Origin: a virus
UHGV virus genome: UHGV-1788846
Direction: 5' to 3' (one strand)
DNA: 20,792 nt
Each line of letters starts with the position of its first letter. The first letter of the stretch is position 1. Shown piece after piece: positions 1 to 7,726 of this stretch. The notes beneath the pieces are model-generated. The model worked only from the letters and a program-made list of their open reading frames with translations. It did not search any database and was not told the DNA's origin. The position numbers and the translations under genes are program-made.

Positions 1-900
1 CGTGTTAAAGAATGTTTGACTATCGTTATGTTTGTTCGTGATATGAAAAACATGCGATTTGATTCTCAAACTAAAGAGCGTCTGACTTCTCCATTTGGTG
101 AAATCCGTAGTCATATTCAGCTTGATGCTAAAAAGATTTCACGTGCTATTTTAAACAATGAAGCAATTTTAATGCCAATTATTGAAGCTGCCTTGGCTCG
201 TAAATTGGCAGCAGAAAAAGCAGCAGAAACTAAAGCAGCTAAAAAGGCTTCTAAAGCTAAGGTTCATAAACATATCAAAGCGAATCTTTGTGGTAAAGAT
301 GCTGACACTACTCTTTTCTTGACTGAGGGCGATTCTGCTATTGGATATCTTATTGATGTTCGTGATAAAGAACTTCACGGCGGTTATCCATTGCGCGGTA
401 AAGTTCTTAACAGTTGGGGTATGTCATATGCTGATATGCTTAAAAACAAAGAACTGTTTGATATTTGCGCAATCACTGGTCTAGTTCTCGGTGAAAAAGC
501 TGAAAACTTGAATTATCATAATATTGCTATTATGACTGATGCTGACCATGATGGTCTAGGAAGCATTTATCCTTCTCTGCTCGGATTTTTTAGTAATTGG
601 CCAGAACTGTTTGAACAAGGAAGAATTCGCTTTGTCAAAACTCCTGTAATCATCGCTCAGGTCGGTAAAAAACAAGAATGGTTTTATACAGTCGCTGAAT
701 ATGAGAGTGCCAAAGATGCTCTACCTAAACATAGCATCCGTTATATTAAAGGACTTGGCTCTTTGGAAAAATCTGAATATCGTGAGATGATTCAAAATCC
801 AGTATATGATGTTGTTAAACTTCCTGAGAATTGGAAAGAGCTTTTTGAAATGCTCATGGGAGATAATGCTGACCTTCGTAAAGAATGGATGAGCCAGTAG
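1..900 (+). CDS. 39: DNA topoisomerase II large subunit (GyrB-like), 3' portion; 5'-truncated by the window edge; continuous with the region that is the separate gene 60 in T4
   Basis: Frame is open from base 1 (the track start at 16 is a TTG inside an open frame). Toprim motifs LTEGDSA and IMTDADHDG are present. The last ~150 aa (…GLGSIYPSLLGFFSNWPELFEQGRIRF…MSQ) match my recollection of T4 gp60. Confidence 0.9.
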   Translation, partial: RVKECLTIVMFVRDMKNMRFDSQTKERLTSPFGEIRSHIQLDAKKISRAILNNEAILMPIIEAALARKLAAEKAAETKAAKKASKAKVHKHIKANLCGKDADTTLFLTEGDSAIGYLIDVRDKELHGGYPLRGKVLNSWGMSYADMLKNKELFDICAITGLVLGEKAENLNYHNIAIMTDADHDGLGSIYPSLLGFFSNWPELFEQGRIRFVKTPVIIAQVGKKQEWFYTVAEYESAKDALPKHSIRYIKGLGSLEKSEYREMIQNPVYDVVKLPENWKELFEMLMGDNADLRKEWMSQ

Positions 901-929
901 TTTACTTTACCACAAGGATGTGGTATAAT
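901..929 (+). promoter_or_regulatory. T4 early-type sigma70 promoter: -35 TTTACT (901-906), 17-nt spacer, extended -10 TGgTATAAT (921-929)
   Basis: Canonical hexamers with 17-nt spacing immediately after the gene 39 stop and ahead of the rIIA.1/rIIA/rIIB genes. Shares the spacer core ACCACAAGGAnnGTGG with the promoter at 5405-5433. Confidence 0.7.
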
Positions 930-954
930 TAATTGGGCAAATGAGGATATTGAA

Positions 955-1158
955 ATGAAATCATATAAAGTAAATTTAGAACTTTTTGATAAAGCAGTTC
1001 ATCGAGAATATAGAATCATTCAACGCTTTTTCGATATGGGAGAAGCCGAAGAGTTTAAAAACCGCTTTAAGGATATTAGAGATAAAATTCAATCCGACAC
1101 TGCAACTAAAGATGAATTACTAGAAGTTGCTGAAGTTATTAAACGCAATATGAATTAA
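955..1158 (+). CDS. rIIA.1: Small early protein, 67 aa, in the rIIA.1 position
   Basis: ATG preceded by GAGGA; lies between the topoisomerase gene and rIIA as in T-even phages. Name is positional only. Confidence 0.5.
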   Translation: MKSYKVNLELFDKAVHREYRIIQRFFDMGEAEEFKNRFKDIRDKIQSDTATKDELLEVAEVIKRNMN

Positions 1159-1168
1159 TGAGGAAATT

Positions 1169-3346
1169 ATGATTATCACCACTGAAAAAGAAACAATTCT
1201 TGGTAATGGTGCTAAATCAAAAGCATTTAGCATCGCAGCAAATCCTAAAGTATTTAAAATTCTGTCATCTGATTTGTATACAAACAAGATTCGCGCAGTA
1301 GTCCGTGAATTAATTACCAACATGATTGATGCCCATGCTCTTAATGGAAATCCTGAAAAATTTATCATTCAAGTTCCAGGACGATTAGATCCGCGATTTG
1401 TTTGCCGAGATTTTGGTCCAGGTATGAGCGATTTTGATATTCAAGGTGATGATAATTCTCCTGGGCTGTATAATTCATACTTTAGTTCATCTAAGGCTGA
1501 ATCTAACGATTTCATTGGTGGATTTGGTTTAGGTTCTAAATCTCCGTTTAGTTATACTGATACGTTTAGTATTACTTCGTACCATAAAGGTGAAATTCGT
1601 GGTTATGTAGCTTACATGGATGGTGATGGTCCACAGATTAAACCTACATTCGTAAAAGAAATGGGTCCAGACGATAAAACTGGTATTGAAATCGTAGTTC
1701 CAGTTGAAGAAAAAGACTTTAGAAACTTTGCTTATGAAGTTTCTTATATCATGCGACCATTCAAAGATTTGGCTATCATTAATGGTCTTGACCGTGAAAT
1801 TGATTATTTTCCGGATTTTGATGACTATTACGGTGTAAATCCAGAAAGATACTGGCCAGATCGTGGTGGATTGTATGCTATCTATGGCGGTATTGTTTAT
1901 CCTATTGATGGTGTTATTAGAGACCGTAACTGGTTAAGCATCCGCAATGAAGTGAATTATATTAAGTTTCCAATGGGTTCACTTGATATTGCTCCATCGC
2001 GTGAGGCTCTTTCACTGGACGATCGTACTCGTAAAAATATTATTGAGCGCGTTAAAGAGCTTAGTGAGCGGGCATTCAATGAAGATGTAAAACGATTTAA
2101 AGAATCTACATCTCCTCGTCATACATACCGTGAATTGATGAAGATGGGATATTCTGCTCGAGATTATATGATTAGCAATTCAGTCAAATTCACGACTAAA
2201 AATCTGTCATATAAAAAGATGCAGAGCATGTTTGAACCTGACAGCAAGTTGTGCAATGCAGGAGTTGTGTATGAAGTAAATCTTGACCCTCGACTGAAAC
2301 GCATTAAGCAAAGCCATGAAACTTCAGCCGTTGCATCAAGCTATCGTCTGTTTGGTATTAATACGACAAAAATTAATATTGTTATTGATAATACTAAAAA
2401 TCGTGTTAATATTGTCCGTGGATTAGCACGTGCATTAGATGATAGTGAATTTAATAACACCTTAAATATTCATCATAATGAGCGTCTTCTGTTTATTAAT
2501 CCGGAAGTAGAATCGCAGATTGATTTGCTTCCTGATATTATGGCAATGTTTGAAAGTGATGAAGTTAACATTCATTATTTGTCAGAAATTGAAGCTTTAG
2601 TTAAAAGTTATATTCCAAAGGCAGTAAAAAGTACAGCTCCTCGTCCTAAAGCTGCTACTGCATTTAAGTTTGAAATTAAAGACGGGCGCTGGGAAAAAGA
2701 GGAATTGTTTACACTTACGTCAGAAGCAGATGAAATTACTGGTTATGTAGCATACATGCATCGTTCTGATATTTTCTCTATGGATGGTACTACATCGCTT
2801 TGTCATCCATCTACGAATATTTTGATTCGTATGGCTAATCTTATTGGCATTAATGAATTTTATGTTATTCGTCCGCTTTTACAGAAAAAGGTAAAAGAAC
2901 TTGGTCAGTGCCAATGTATTTTTGAAACTCTGCGTGATTTATATGTAGATGCTTTTGATGCTGTAGATTATGATAAGTATGTAGGTTATTCAAGTTCAGC
3001 TAAACGATATATTGATAAAATTATTAAGTATCCTGAACTAGATTTTATGATGAAGTACTTCAGTGTAGATGAAGTTTCTGAAGAATATACTCGCCTTGGT
3101 AATATGGTTAGTTCATTGCAGGGTATATATTTCAACGGTGGAAAAGATACCATCGGTCATGACATCTGGACAGTAACTAATCTTTTTGATGTATTATCAA
3201 ATAATGCTTCAAAAAACAGTGATAAAATGGTTGCTGAGTTTACCAAGAAATTCCGTATTGTTTCCGACTTCATCGGTTATCGCAGCTCTTTAAGTGATGA
3301 TGAAGTTTCTCAAATCGCTAAAACTATGAAGGCCCTTGCGGCCTAA
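1169..3346 (+). CDS. rIIA: rIIA protein, 725 aa, membrane-associated with GHKL-type ATPase fold
   Basis: Length matches T4 rIIA. GHKL motifs are readable: N-box [10 protein letters not shown]1 DFGPGM, G2 [19 protein letters not shown] precedes the ATG; N-terminus [14 protein letters not shown] matches my recollection of rIIA. Confidence 0.92.
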   Translation: MIITTEKETILGNGAKSKAFSIAANPKVFKILSSDLYTNKIRAVVRELITNMIDAHALNGNPEKFIIQVPGRLDPRFVCRDFGPGMSDFDIQGDDNSPGLYNSYFSSSKAESNDFIGGFGLGSKSPFSYTDTFSITSYHKGEIRGYVAYMDGDGPQIKPTFVKEMGPDDKTGIEIVVPVEEKDFRNFAYEVSYIMRPFKDLAIINGLDREIDYFPDFDDYYGVNPERYWPDRGGLYAIYGGIVYPIDGVIRDRNWLSIRNEVNYIKFPMGSLDIAPSREALSLDDRTRKNIIERVKELSERAFNEDVKRFKESTSPRHTYRELMKMGYSARDYMISNSVKFTTKNLSYKKMQSMFEPDSKLCNAGVVYEVNLDPRLKRIKQSHETSAVASSYRLFGINTTKINIVIDNTKNRVNIVRGLARALDDSEFNNTLNIHHNERLLFINPEVESQIDLLPDIMAMFESDEVNIHYLSEIEALVKSYIPKAVKSTAPRPKAATAFKFEIKDGRWEKEELFTLTSEADEITGYVAYMHRSDIFSMDGTTSLCHPSTNILIRMANLIGINEFYVIRPLLQKKVKELGQCQCIFETLRDLYVDAFDAVDYDKYVGYSSSAKRYIDKIIKYPELDFMMKYFSVDEVSEEYTRLGNMVSSLQGIYFNGGKDTIGHDIWTVTNLFDVLSNNASKNSDKMVAEFTKKFRIVSDFIGYRSSLSDDEVSQIAKTMKALAA

Positions 3347-3357
3347 TAAGGAAAATT

Positions 3358-4296
3358 ATGTACAATATTAAATGCCTGACCAAAAACGAACAAGCTGAAA
3401 TTGTCAAACTGTATTCAAGTGGTAATTATACCCAGCAGGAATTGGCTGATTGGCAAGGTGTATCGGTGGACACAATCCGTCGTGTTTTGAAAAATGCTGA
3501 AGAAGCTGAGCGTTCCAAAGTTACCATTAGCGGTGACATTACAGTTGAAGTTAAGAGTGATGTAGCCATTGCTCCAGTTGCTAAATCTGACATTATTTGG
3601 AATGCATCTAAAAAATTCATTTCAATTACTGTTGACGGTGTAACTTATAACGCAACTCCTAATACTCATTCAAACTTCCAAGAAATTCTTAATCTGCTTG
3701 TTGCAGATAAATTGGAAGAAGCGGCGCAAAAAATTAATGTTCGTCGCGCTGTTGAAAAATATATTTCCGGTGATGTTCGAATTGAAGGTGGAAGCTTGTT
3801 CTATCAAAATATTGAATTGCGATCTGGTTTAGTTGATCGTATTCTCGATTCGATGGAAAAAGGCGAAAACTTTGAATTTTATTTTCCGTTCTTGGAAAAT
3901 CTGCTGGAAAACCCGAGCCAAAAGGCGGTATCTCGACTCTTTGATTTCTTGGTAGCAAACGATATTGAAATTACAGAAGATGGCTACTTCTATGCTTGGA
4001 AAGTAGTTCGCAGCAATTACTTTGACTGTCATTCAAATACTTTTGATAACAGTCCTGGTAAAGTAGTTAAAATGCCACGTACTCGTGTGAATGACGATGA
4101 TACACAAACTTGTTCTCGTGGTCTGCATGTGTGTTCTAAATCTTATATTCGTCACTTTGGCAGTTCAACCAGCCGAGTTGTAAAAGTTAAAGTACATCCT
4201 CGCGATGTAGTATCAATTCCGATTGATTACAACGATGCTAAAATGCGTACCTGTCAATACGAAGTAGTTGAAGACGTTACTGAACAATTCAAATAA
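3358..4296 (+). CDS. rIIB: rIIB protein, 312 aa
   Basis: Directly downstream of rIIA with RBS AAGGAAAA; 312 aa as in T4 rIIB. Confidence 0.9.
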   Translation: MYNIKCLTKNEQAEIVKLYSSGNYTQQELADWQGVSVDTIRRVLKNAEEAERSKVTISGDITVEVKSDVAIAPVAKSDIIWNASKKFISITVDGVTYNATPNTHSNFQEILNLLVADKLEEAAQKINVRRAVEKYISGDVRIEGGSLFYQNIELRSGLVDRILDSMEKGENFEFYFPFLENLLENPSQKAVSRLFDFLVANDIEITEDGYFYAWKVVRSNYFDCHSNTFDNSPGKVVKMPRTRVNDDDTQTCSRGLHVCSKSYIRHFGSSTSRVVKVKVHPRDVVSIPIDYNDAKMRTCQYEVVEDVTEQFK

Positions 4297-4310
4297 GGGC
4301 TTCGGCCCTT
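4295..4310 (+). other. C(UUCG)G tetraloop hairpin aaGGGC-TTCG-GCCCtt immediately after the rIIB stop
   Basis: Perfect inverted repeat with TTCG loop; no U-run follows, so more likely an mRNA stability or processing element than a terminator. Confidence 0.6.
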
Positions 4311-4324
4311 AACTAAGGAAAATT

Positions 4325-4519
4325 ATGTTAGGTTATCAAGCACGAGTAAAAGAAGAATACGATCAATTAATGCTCAAAATTAATGCACTGAGCAAATTTT
4401 TAGAAAGCACAAAGTTTCTAACGATTAATGAAGTTGAGCAAGAATTGCTGCTTTCACAATTCATCTCAATGAAATCTTACGCAGATTGTTTAGAAAAAAG
4501 AATTGCACAATTCAAATAA
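4325..4519 (+). CDS. Hypothetical early protein, 64 aa
   Basis: ATG with RBS AAGGAAAA, flanked by hairpins; predicted helical and hydrophilic. Confidence 0.55.
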   Translation: MLGYQARVKEEYDQLMLKINALSKFLESTKFLTINEVEQELLLSQFISMKSYADCLEKRIAQFK

Positions 4520-4522
4520 AAT

Positions 4523-4546
4523 AAGGGGCTTCGGCCCTTTTGTTTT
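4523..4546 (+). terminator. Intrinsic terminator-like element: aaGGGGC-TTCG-GCCCtt followed by TTTTGTTTT
   Basis: GC stem with UUCG loop followed by a U-rich run, directly after the 64-aa ORF stop. Confidence 0.6.
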
Positions 4547-4557
4547 AAGGAAAAATT

Positions 4558-4887
4558 ATGATTTATTGTATGAATATCGGTGATTCCGACATAAAAGAGA
4601 TTAAACTGCACGGAAATCATCACGCTAATATTGTGTACTGCAATAAATTTGAGTTTGGTCACGAAAAACTTGGGTTTCTTTACTGCAATGATATTATAGT
4701 CATGGATAAAAAGGAACTCGATGAACTTGACCGTGAGTCTTTAGATGAAAATGACCGAATTTATTACGGCACTCTTAAAGTATATAACGCTTATCTCAGC
4801 GGTAAAAAGGAAAGTCTAAATGCAGAAAACGAATCCGGGTTTACAGAGACTATTTCAGATTCCGACATTTACCCTATCGAACAGTGA
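4558..4887 (+). CDS. Hypothetical early protein, 109 aa, acidic C-terminus
   Basis: ATG with RBS AAGGAAAAA; its 3' end overlaps the next ORF by 68 nt. Confidence 0.5.
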   Translation: MIYCMNIGDSDIKEIKLHGNHHANIVYCNKFEFGHEKLGFLYCNDIIVMDKKELDELDRESLDENDRIYYGTLKVYNAYLSGKKESLNAENESGFTETISDSDIYPIEQ

Positions 4888-5377
4888 CTTGACTAGTGAA
4901 ATGAAGGTCAAAATTGCTGATACAGCAAGATACTCTTTAAAACAAAATCCAAATCAGGATAAAGCAGAAGTTATCGAAAGATGCCGTATAGCGGTGTACG
5001 CAGAGTTTTTTGTAGCAGATTGGCTAAGCGGGTATGTTAACAAAGGCCAAGAGGATGTTAATGACCCGTATACATACGCATGGGATGTATTGGCGCATCC
5101 AAGATACTGCGGGCTTCGTGTAGAAGTTAAGACACATCAAACTGACTCACGTTGGATTTCTGTAACAACAGGATGCAGCGGAGAGTATCCATATGGTTCT
5201 GGAATAAATCTAGGGCCCATTCTGAATCATCAGGTCGCTGACTGTATAATTATATTCAACACTAAAGAAATTCATCCAGGTGTCATCCAGTACACTCCGA
5301 AGTTCATCGGTGATAGAGAAGACCTTCGTAAGGTTGTAAGAAAAAGCAACTACAGCGGATGGTATCTTTCCATTTAA
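4820..5377 (+). CDS. denB: Putative endonuclease IV (denB-like), 185 aa; assignment by position and length only
   Basis: 185 aa with RBS AAGGAAAG 7 nt before the ATG; sits between rIIB and ndd where denB lies in T4. I do not recall the DenB sequence. An alternative internal start at 4901 would remove the overlap. Confidence 0.45.
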   Translation: MQKTNPGLQRLFQIPTFTLSNSDLTSEMKVKIADTARYSLKQNPNQDKAEVIERCRIAVYAEFFVADWLSGYVNKGQEDVNDPYTYAWDVLAHPRYCGLRVEVKTHQTDSRWISVTTGCSGEYPYGSGINLGPILNHQVADCIIIFNTKEIHPGVIQYTPKFIGDREDLRKVVRKSNYSGWYLSI

Positions 5378-5404
5378 AAATTTTCACAAAACAGTTTACA
5401 TACC

Positions 5405-5433
5405 ACAAGGACTGTGGTACTATATAACTATCA
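5405..5433 (+). promoter_or_regulatory. T4 early-type promoter: -35 TTTACA (5405-5410), 17-nt spacer, -10 TACTAT (5428-5433) with upstream TGg
   Basis: Promoter and leader are near-identical to the motA promoter at 9259-9287 (TTTTCACAAAACnGTTTACA…CTGTGGTAyTATA…AACTATCAACT). Confidence 0.7.
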
Positions 5434-5457
5434 ACTGATACGGATTTGGAGAATAAA

Positions 5458-5664
5458 ATGTTTACTACAGCTGAATTAAAACGAGCAAAAGCTAAGAAAG
5501 GGCAAGGAAAATATAAAGCTGAATTAGTTAAAGAACTTCAGTTTGCTGAGGCTGAATTGAATTCAATGATTATTCAAAATGCTCCAGAAACTGAAATTGC
5601 TCTTAAACGTATTGCGAATAAGTGTCTTCGTGATGCAATCGTCGATCTTTTAGCGGATTATTGA
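5458..5664 (+). CDS. Hypothetical early protein, 68 aa from ATG (the track's 72-aa version starts at a TTG)
   Basis: ATG at 5458 preceded by GGAG and by the early promoter. Confidence 0.5.
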   Translation: MFTTAELKRAKAKKGQGKYKAELVKELQFAEAELNSMIIQNAPETEIALKRIANKCLRDAIVDLLADY

Positions 5665-5669
5665 GTAAA

Positions 5670-5933
5670 ATGAAATTTAAATTTTATTACGCTAAACATA
5701 AAATAACTGATGAGTTTGTGTCAGTTGAATATTCTAGCGATGATGAAGGTATGATTTATACTCGCTTAGGGTTATCGCACTGGGAGTCTGATACGCCTTA
5801 TTTTTCAACTCCTGAAGAAATTACACGTTTAGTTAATGGTCATATGAATGACCACTGGAATGTAATTCTTTCAGATAGTCTTAAAGCGGCTATTAATAGT
5901 AATGAAATGAAAATCGCTGAGATTGAACTATGA
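5670..5933 (+). CDS. Hypothetical early protein, 87 aa from ATG (the track's 90-aa version starts at TTG 5661)
   Basis: In-frame ATG at 5670 just after the upstream stop; continuous ORF. Confidence 0.5.
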   Translation: MKFKFYYAKHKITDEFVSVEYSSDDEGMIYTRLGLSHWESDTPYFSTPEEITRLVNGHMNDHWNVILSDSLKAAINSNEMKIAEIEL

Positions 5934-6016
5934 GTTCATTATGGTGGTGTTTTGTTTGGTTAATTAGTATTCCATTGATTTGTTTAGTATTTACTTTTGT
6001 GATGAGGTTATTATGA
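5930..6016 (+). CDS. Putative micro-ORF, 28 aa, hydrophobic (MSSLWWCFVWLISIPLICLVFTFVMRLL)
   Basis: ATG overlaps the upstream stop (ATGA); single predicted transmembrane helix; below the ORF-track size cutoff. Confidence 0.3.
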   Translation: MSSLWWCFVWLISIPLICLVFTFVMRLL

Positions 6017-6111
6017 AAATTTTGAATTCTGTACTTATTGCTTGTGCGTGGTGGGTTGCACAGGTTTCAGCGGTAGTAGTTGGTATTCACATTTATTACG
6101 AATATTTTTAA
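6013..6111 (+). CDS. Putative micro-ORF, 32 aa, hydrophobic (MKILNSVLIACAWWVAQVSAVVVGIHIYYEYF)
   Basis: ATG overlaps the upstream stop (ATGA); hydrophobic core. Confidence 0.3.
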   Translation: MKILNSVLIACAWWVAQVSAVVVGIHIYYEYF

Positions 6112-6119
6112 AAAAGTTG

Positions 6120-6148
6120 TTTACAAGACTGTTCTTCCGTGGTACTAT
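6120..6148 (+). promoter_or_regulatory. T4 early-type promoter: -35 TTTACA (6120-6125), 17-nt spacer, -10 TACTAT (6143-6148) with TGg
   Basis: Same architecture as the other three early promoters; followed by the leader CTATCAACTACGGAGGAACAGAAA and an ATG at 6177. Confidence 0.65.
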
Positions 6149-6176
6149 TACCCTATCAACTACGGAGGAACAGAAA

Positions 6177-6290
6177 ATGAAAAAGATTGTTAAAGCTATA
6201 TGGAATGTAGTTATAATACTAGTAGTTTTGAGTATATTCCCAATCGTTTTAATGATTGATGTATTAAACGCTTACTTTGGATTTATGTGA
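6177..6290 (+). CDS. Small membrane peptide, 37 aa (MKKIVKAIWNVVIILVVLSIFPIVLMIDVLNAYFGFM)
   Basis: ATG with RBS GGAGGAA downstream of the promoter. The track's 82-aa ORF (6042-6290) starts at a TTG and runs across the promoter, so the short form is preferred. Confidence 0.5.
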   Translation: MKKIVKAIWNVVIILVVLSIFPIVLMIDVLNAYFGFM

Positions 6291-6297
6291 GGAAAAT

Positions 6298-6495
6298 ATG
6301 AAGCGTAAACGCAGTGCTTTTACATTTATTGAATGGTTTTTCGATAATATTTTTCCAGCTTTATTCATTTTCATGCTGATTTTCGCCTTGGGTTCAGTTG
6401 TAGTTGGAATCTATTTGATGGCAGTTGTCGGAATGGACATTCATCAAAATGGCTTAAAATCTGTAGTTGAAACAATTTGGAATGGTGTAAAATAA
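6298..6495 (+). CDS. Small membrane protein, 65 aa from ATG (the track's 72-aa version starts at TTG 6277)
   Basis: ATG preceded by GAGGAAAA; hydrophobic segment FPALFIFMLIFALGSVVVGIYLMAVVG. Confidence 0.5.
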   Translation: MKRKRSAFTFIEWFFDNIFPALFIFMLIFALGSVVVGIYLMAVVGMDIHQNGLKSVVETIWNGVK

Positions 6496-6602
6496 TGAAT
6501 TTACTAAGCATTTGGTTTTATATTCTTATGTTTTACATTGGTGCAAATTTTCCGTATTGGATGGGATGGTCAACAACTGCATTTGGATTTTATACTCCTT
6601 GA
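6495..6602 (+). CDS. Putative micro-ORF, 35 aa, hydrophobic and aromatic-rich (MNLLSIWFYILMFYIGANFPYWMGWSTTAFGFYTP)
   Basis: ATG overlaps the upstream stop (TAATG); below the ORF-track size cutoff. Confidence 0.3.
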   Translation: MNLLSIWFYILMFYIGANFPYWMGWSTTAFGFYTP

Positions 6603-6610
6603 GGTGAATT

Positions 6611-6826
6611 ATGAAAATCTTTAAAGATGTAAAAGTTGGTGAAATTTTCTGTTTAGATAATGGTGATCAGTTAATTCGTATTTCACCTCTTAAGAGCACT
6701 AGCGAGAAAATGACAGTTAATGCTACTTTAGCAAACAACAGTAATGAACGTTTCTGTATTGAAAATGATACTGAAACTTATACCGTAGAAGAGTTCTGGG
6801 AATTGAGCGTCGACTGCGACGATTAA
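6611..6826 (+). CDS. Hypothetical early protein, 71 aa, acidic
   Basis: ATG with RBS GAGGTGA. Confidence 0.5.
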   Translation: MKIFKDVKVGEIFCLDNGDQLIRISPLKSTSEKMTVNATLANNSNERFCIENDTETYTVEEFWELSVDCDD

Positions 6827-6887
6827 TTTATCGGGGCCGTGTGTATTCATGCGGCCTTGGAGTAGAAAATAATTAGAGGAAATTAAA

Positions 6888-7343
6888 ATGAAATACATGA
6901 CTGTTACTGATCTGAATAATGCAGGCGCAACTGTTATTGGTACAATCAAGGGCGGTGAATGGGTTTTTGGAACTCCGCATAAAGACATTTTGTCTAACCC
7001 TGGATTTTACTTTTTAGTGAGCAAATTTGGTGGTCCATTTGATAGTCCGTGTGTATCTGCACGATTTTATGTAGGTAATCAGCGTTCTAAGCAAGGGTTC
7101 AGTGCAGTTCTAAGTCATATTCGTCAACGCCGGTCTCAACTTGCACGTACTATTGCAAATAACAATGTTCCATACACAGTGTTTTATTTGCCTGCTTCTA
7201 AGATGAAACCTCTGACGACGGGATTTGGAAAAGGTCAGTTAGCTTTGGCGTTTACTCGTAATCATCATTCTGAGTATCAAACGCTTGAAGAAATGAACCG
7301 TATGTTGGCTGATAACTTTAAATTTGTTTTGCAGGCATATTAA
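6888..7343 (+). CDS. ndd: Nucleoid disruption protein Ndd, 151 aa
   Basis: 151 aa with RBS AGAGGAAA; lies immediately upstream of stp and ac as in T4; sequence matches my recollection of Ndd. Confidence 0.75.
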
Positions 7344-7423
7344 TGAGTAATTTCCACAACGAACACGTGATGCAGTTCTATCGTAATAATCTTAAAACTA
7401 AAGGCGTCTTCGGACGCCAGTGA
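7343..7423 (+). CDS. stp: Stp peptide, 26 aa ([26 protein letters not shown])
   Basis: ATG overlaps the ndd stop (TAATG); translation matches the 26-residue T4 Stp as I recall it; not in the ORF track because of size. Confidence 0.75.
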
Positions 7424-7430
7424 GGAAAAT

Positions 7431-7589
7431 ATGAATATCGCAAAATTATTAGGAGTTATTTCATTTATTTGTTGGATAGTAGCATGTGTTTTAACTATCT
7501 GTATCGATGCTAGCAGTGTGTTTTCACAAGCTTTAGCCCAGGGTATGTGTGCATATTTAACATTTGTGTTGTTATCTACTAATGATTAA
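7431..7589 (+). CDS. ac: Small inner-membrane protein in the ac (acriflavine sensitivity) position, 52 aa
   Basis: ATG preceded by GAGGAAAA; one hydrophobic helix (LLGVISFICWIVACVLTICI); located between stp and gene 52. Confidence 0.55.
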   Translation: MNIAKLLGVISFICWIVACVLTICIDASSVFSQALAQGMCAYLTFVLLSTND

Positions 7590-7722
7590 GAAAATCTTGG
7601 GCTATTCATTAGCCCTTGCTACTTTATTGGTAGCACTATATTATGGAGTAATGTTCGGATTAATTCAAGTCGTGCTTTTCATTTCTGATGTTATTATGGC
7701 ACTACATTCACTAGTATGGTAA
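7582..7722 (+). CDS. Putative hydrophobic micro-ORF, 46 aa (MIKKILGYSLALATLLVALYYGVMFGLIQVVLFISDVIMALHSLVW)
   Basis: ATG overlaps the 3' end of the ac-like ORF in another frame and ends 4 nt before gene 52. Confidence 0.35.
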   Translation: MIKKILGYSLALATLLVALYYGVMFGLIQVVLFISDVIMALHSLVW

Positions 7723-7726
7723 ATTT

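Noticed and set aside
544-570. Looked for the gene 60 translational bypass element (take-off GGA followed by a stop and a 50-nt gap)
   Set aside because: The frame is continuous here (GAT GGT CTA GGA AGC); the TAG visible in GGTCTAGG is out of frame. The hop element is absent.
1120-1368. Antisense ORFs overlapping rIIA, rIIB, gene 39, gene 52, motA and the fibre genes (169-378, 1120-1368, 3426-3620, 3734-4032, 7748-8296, 9343-9540, 12646-12846, 13380-13589, 19265-19604, 20372-20563)
   Set aside because: Each lies inside a longer, strongly supported gene on the opposite strand or in another frame and lacks start-site context; typical chance ORFs.
6042-6290. 82-aa ORF from the track (MCVVGCTGFSG…)
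   Set aside because: It starts at a TTG and its first 45 codons run straight through an early promoter and leader; the real gene is the 37-aa peptide from the ATG at 6177 with its own RBS.
6833-6856. Possible hairpin GGCCG…CGGCC upstream of ndd
   Set aside because: Only a 5-bp stem with a 12-nt loop and no U-run; too weak to call a terminator or regulatory structure.
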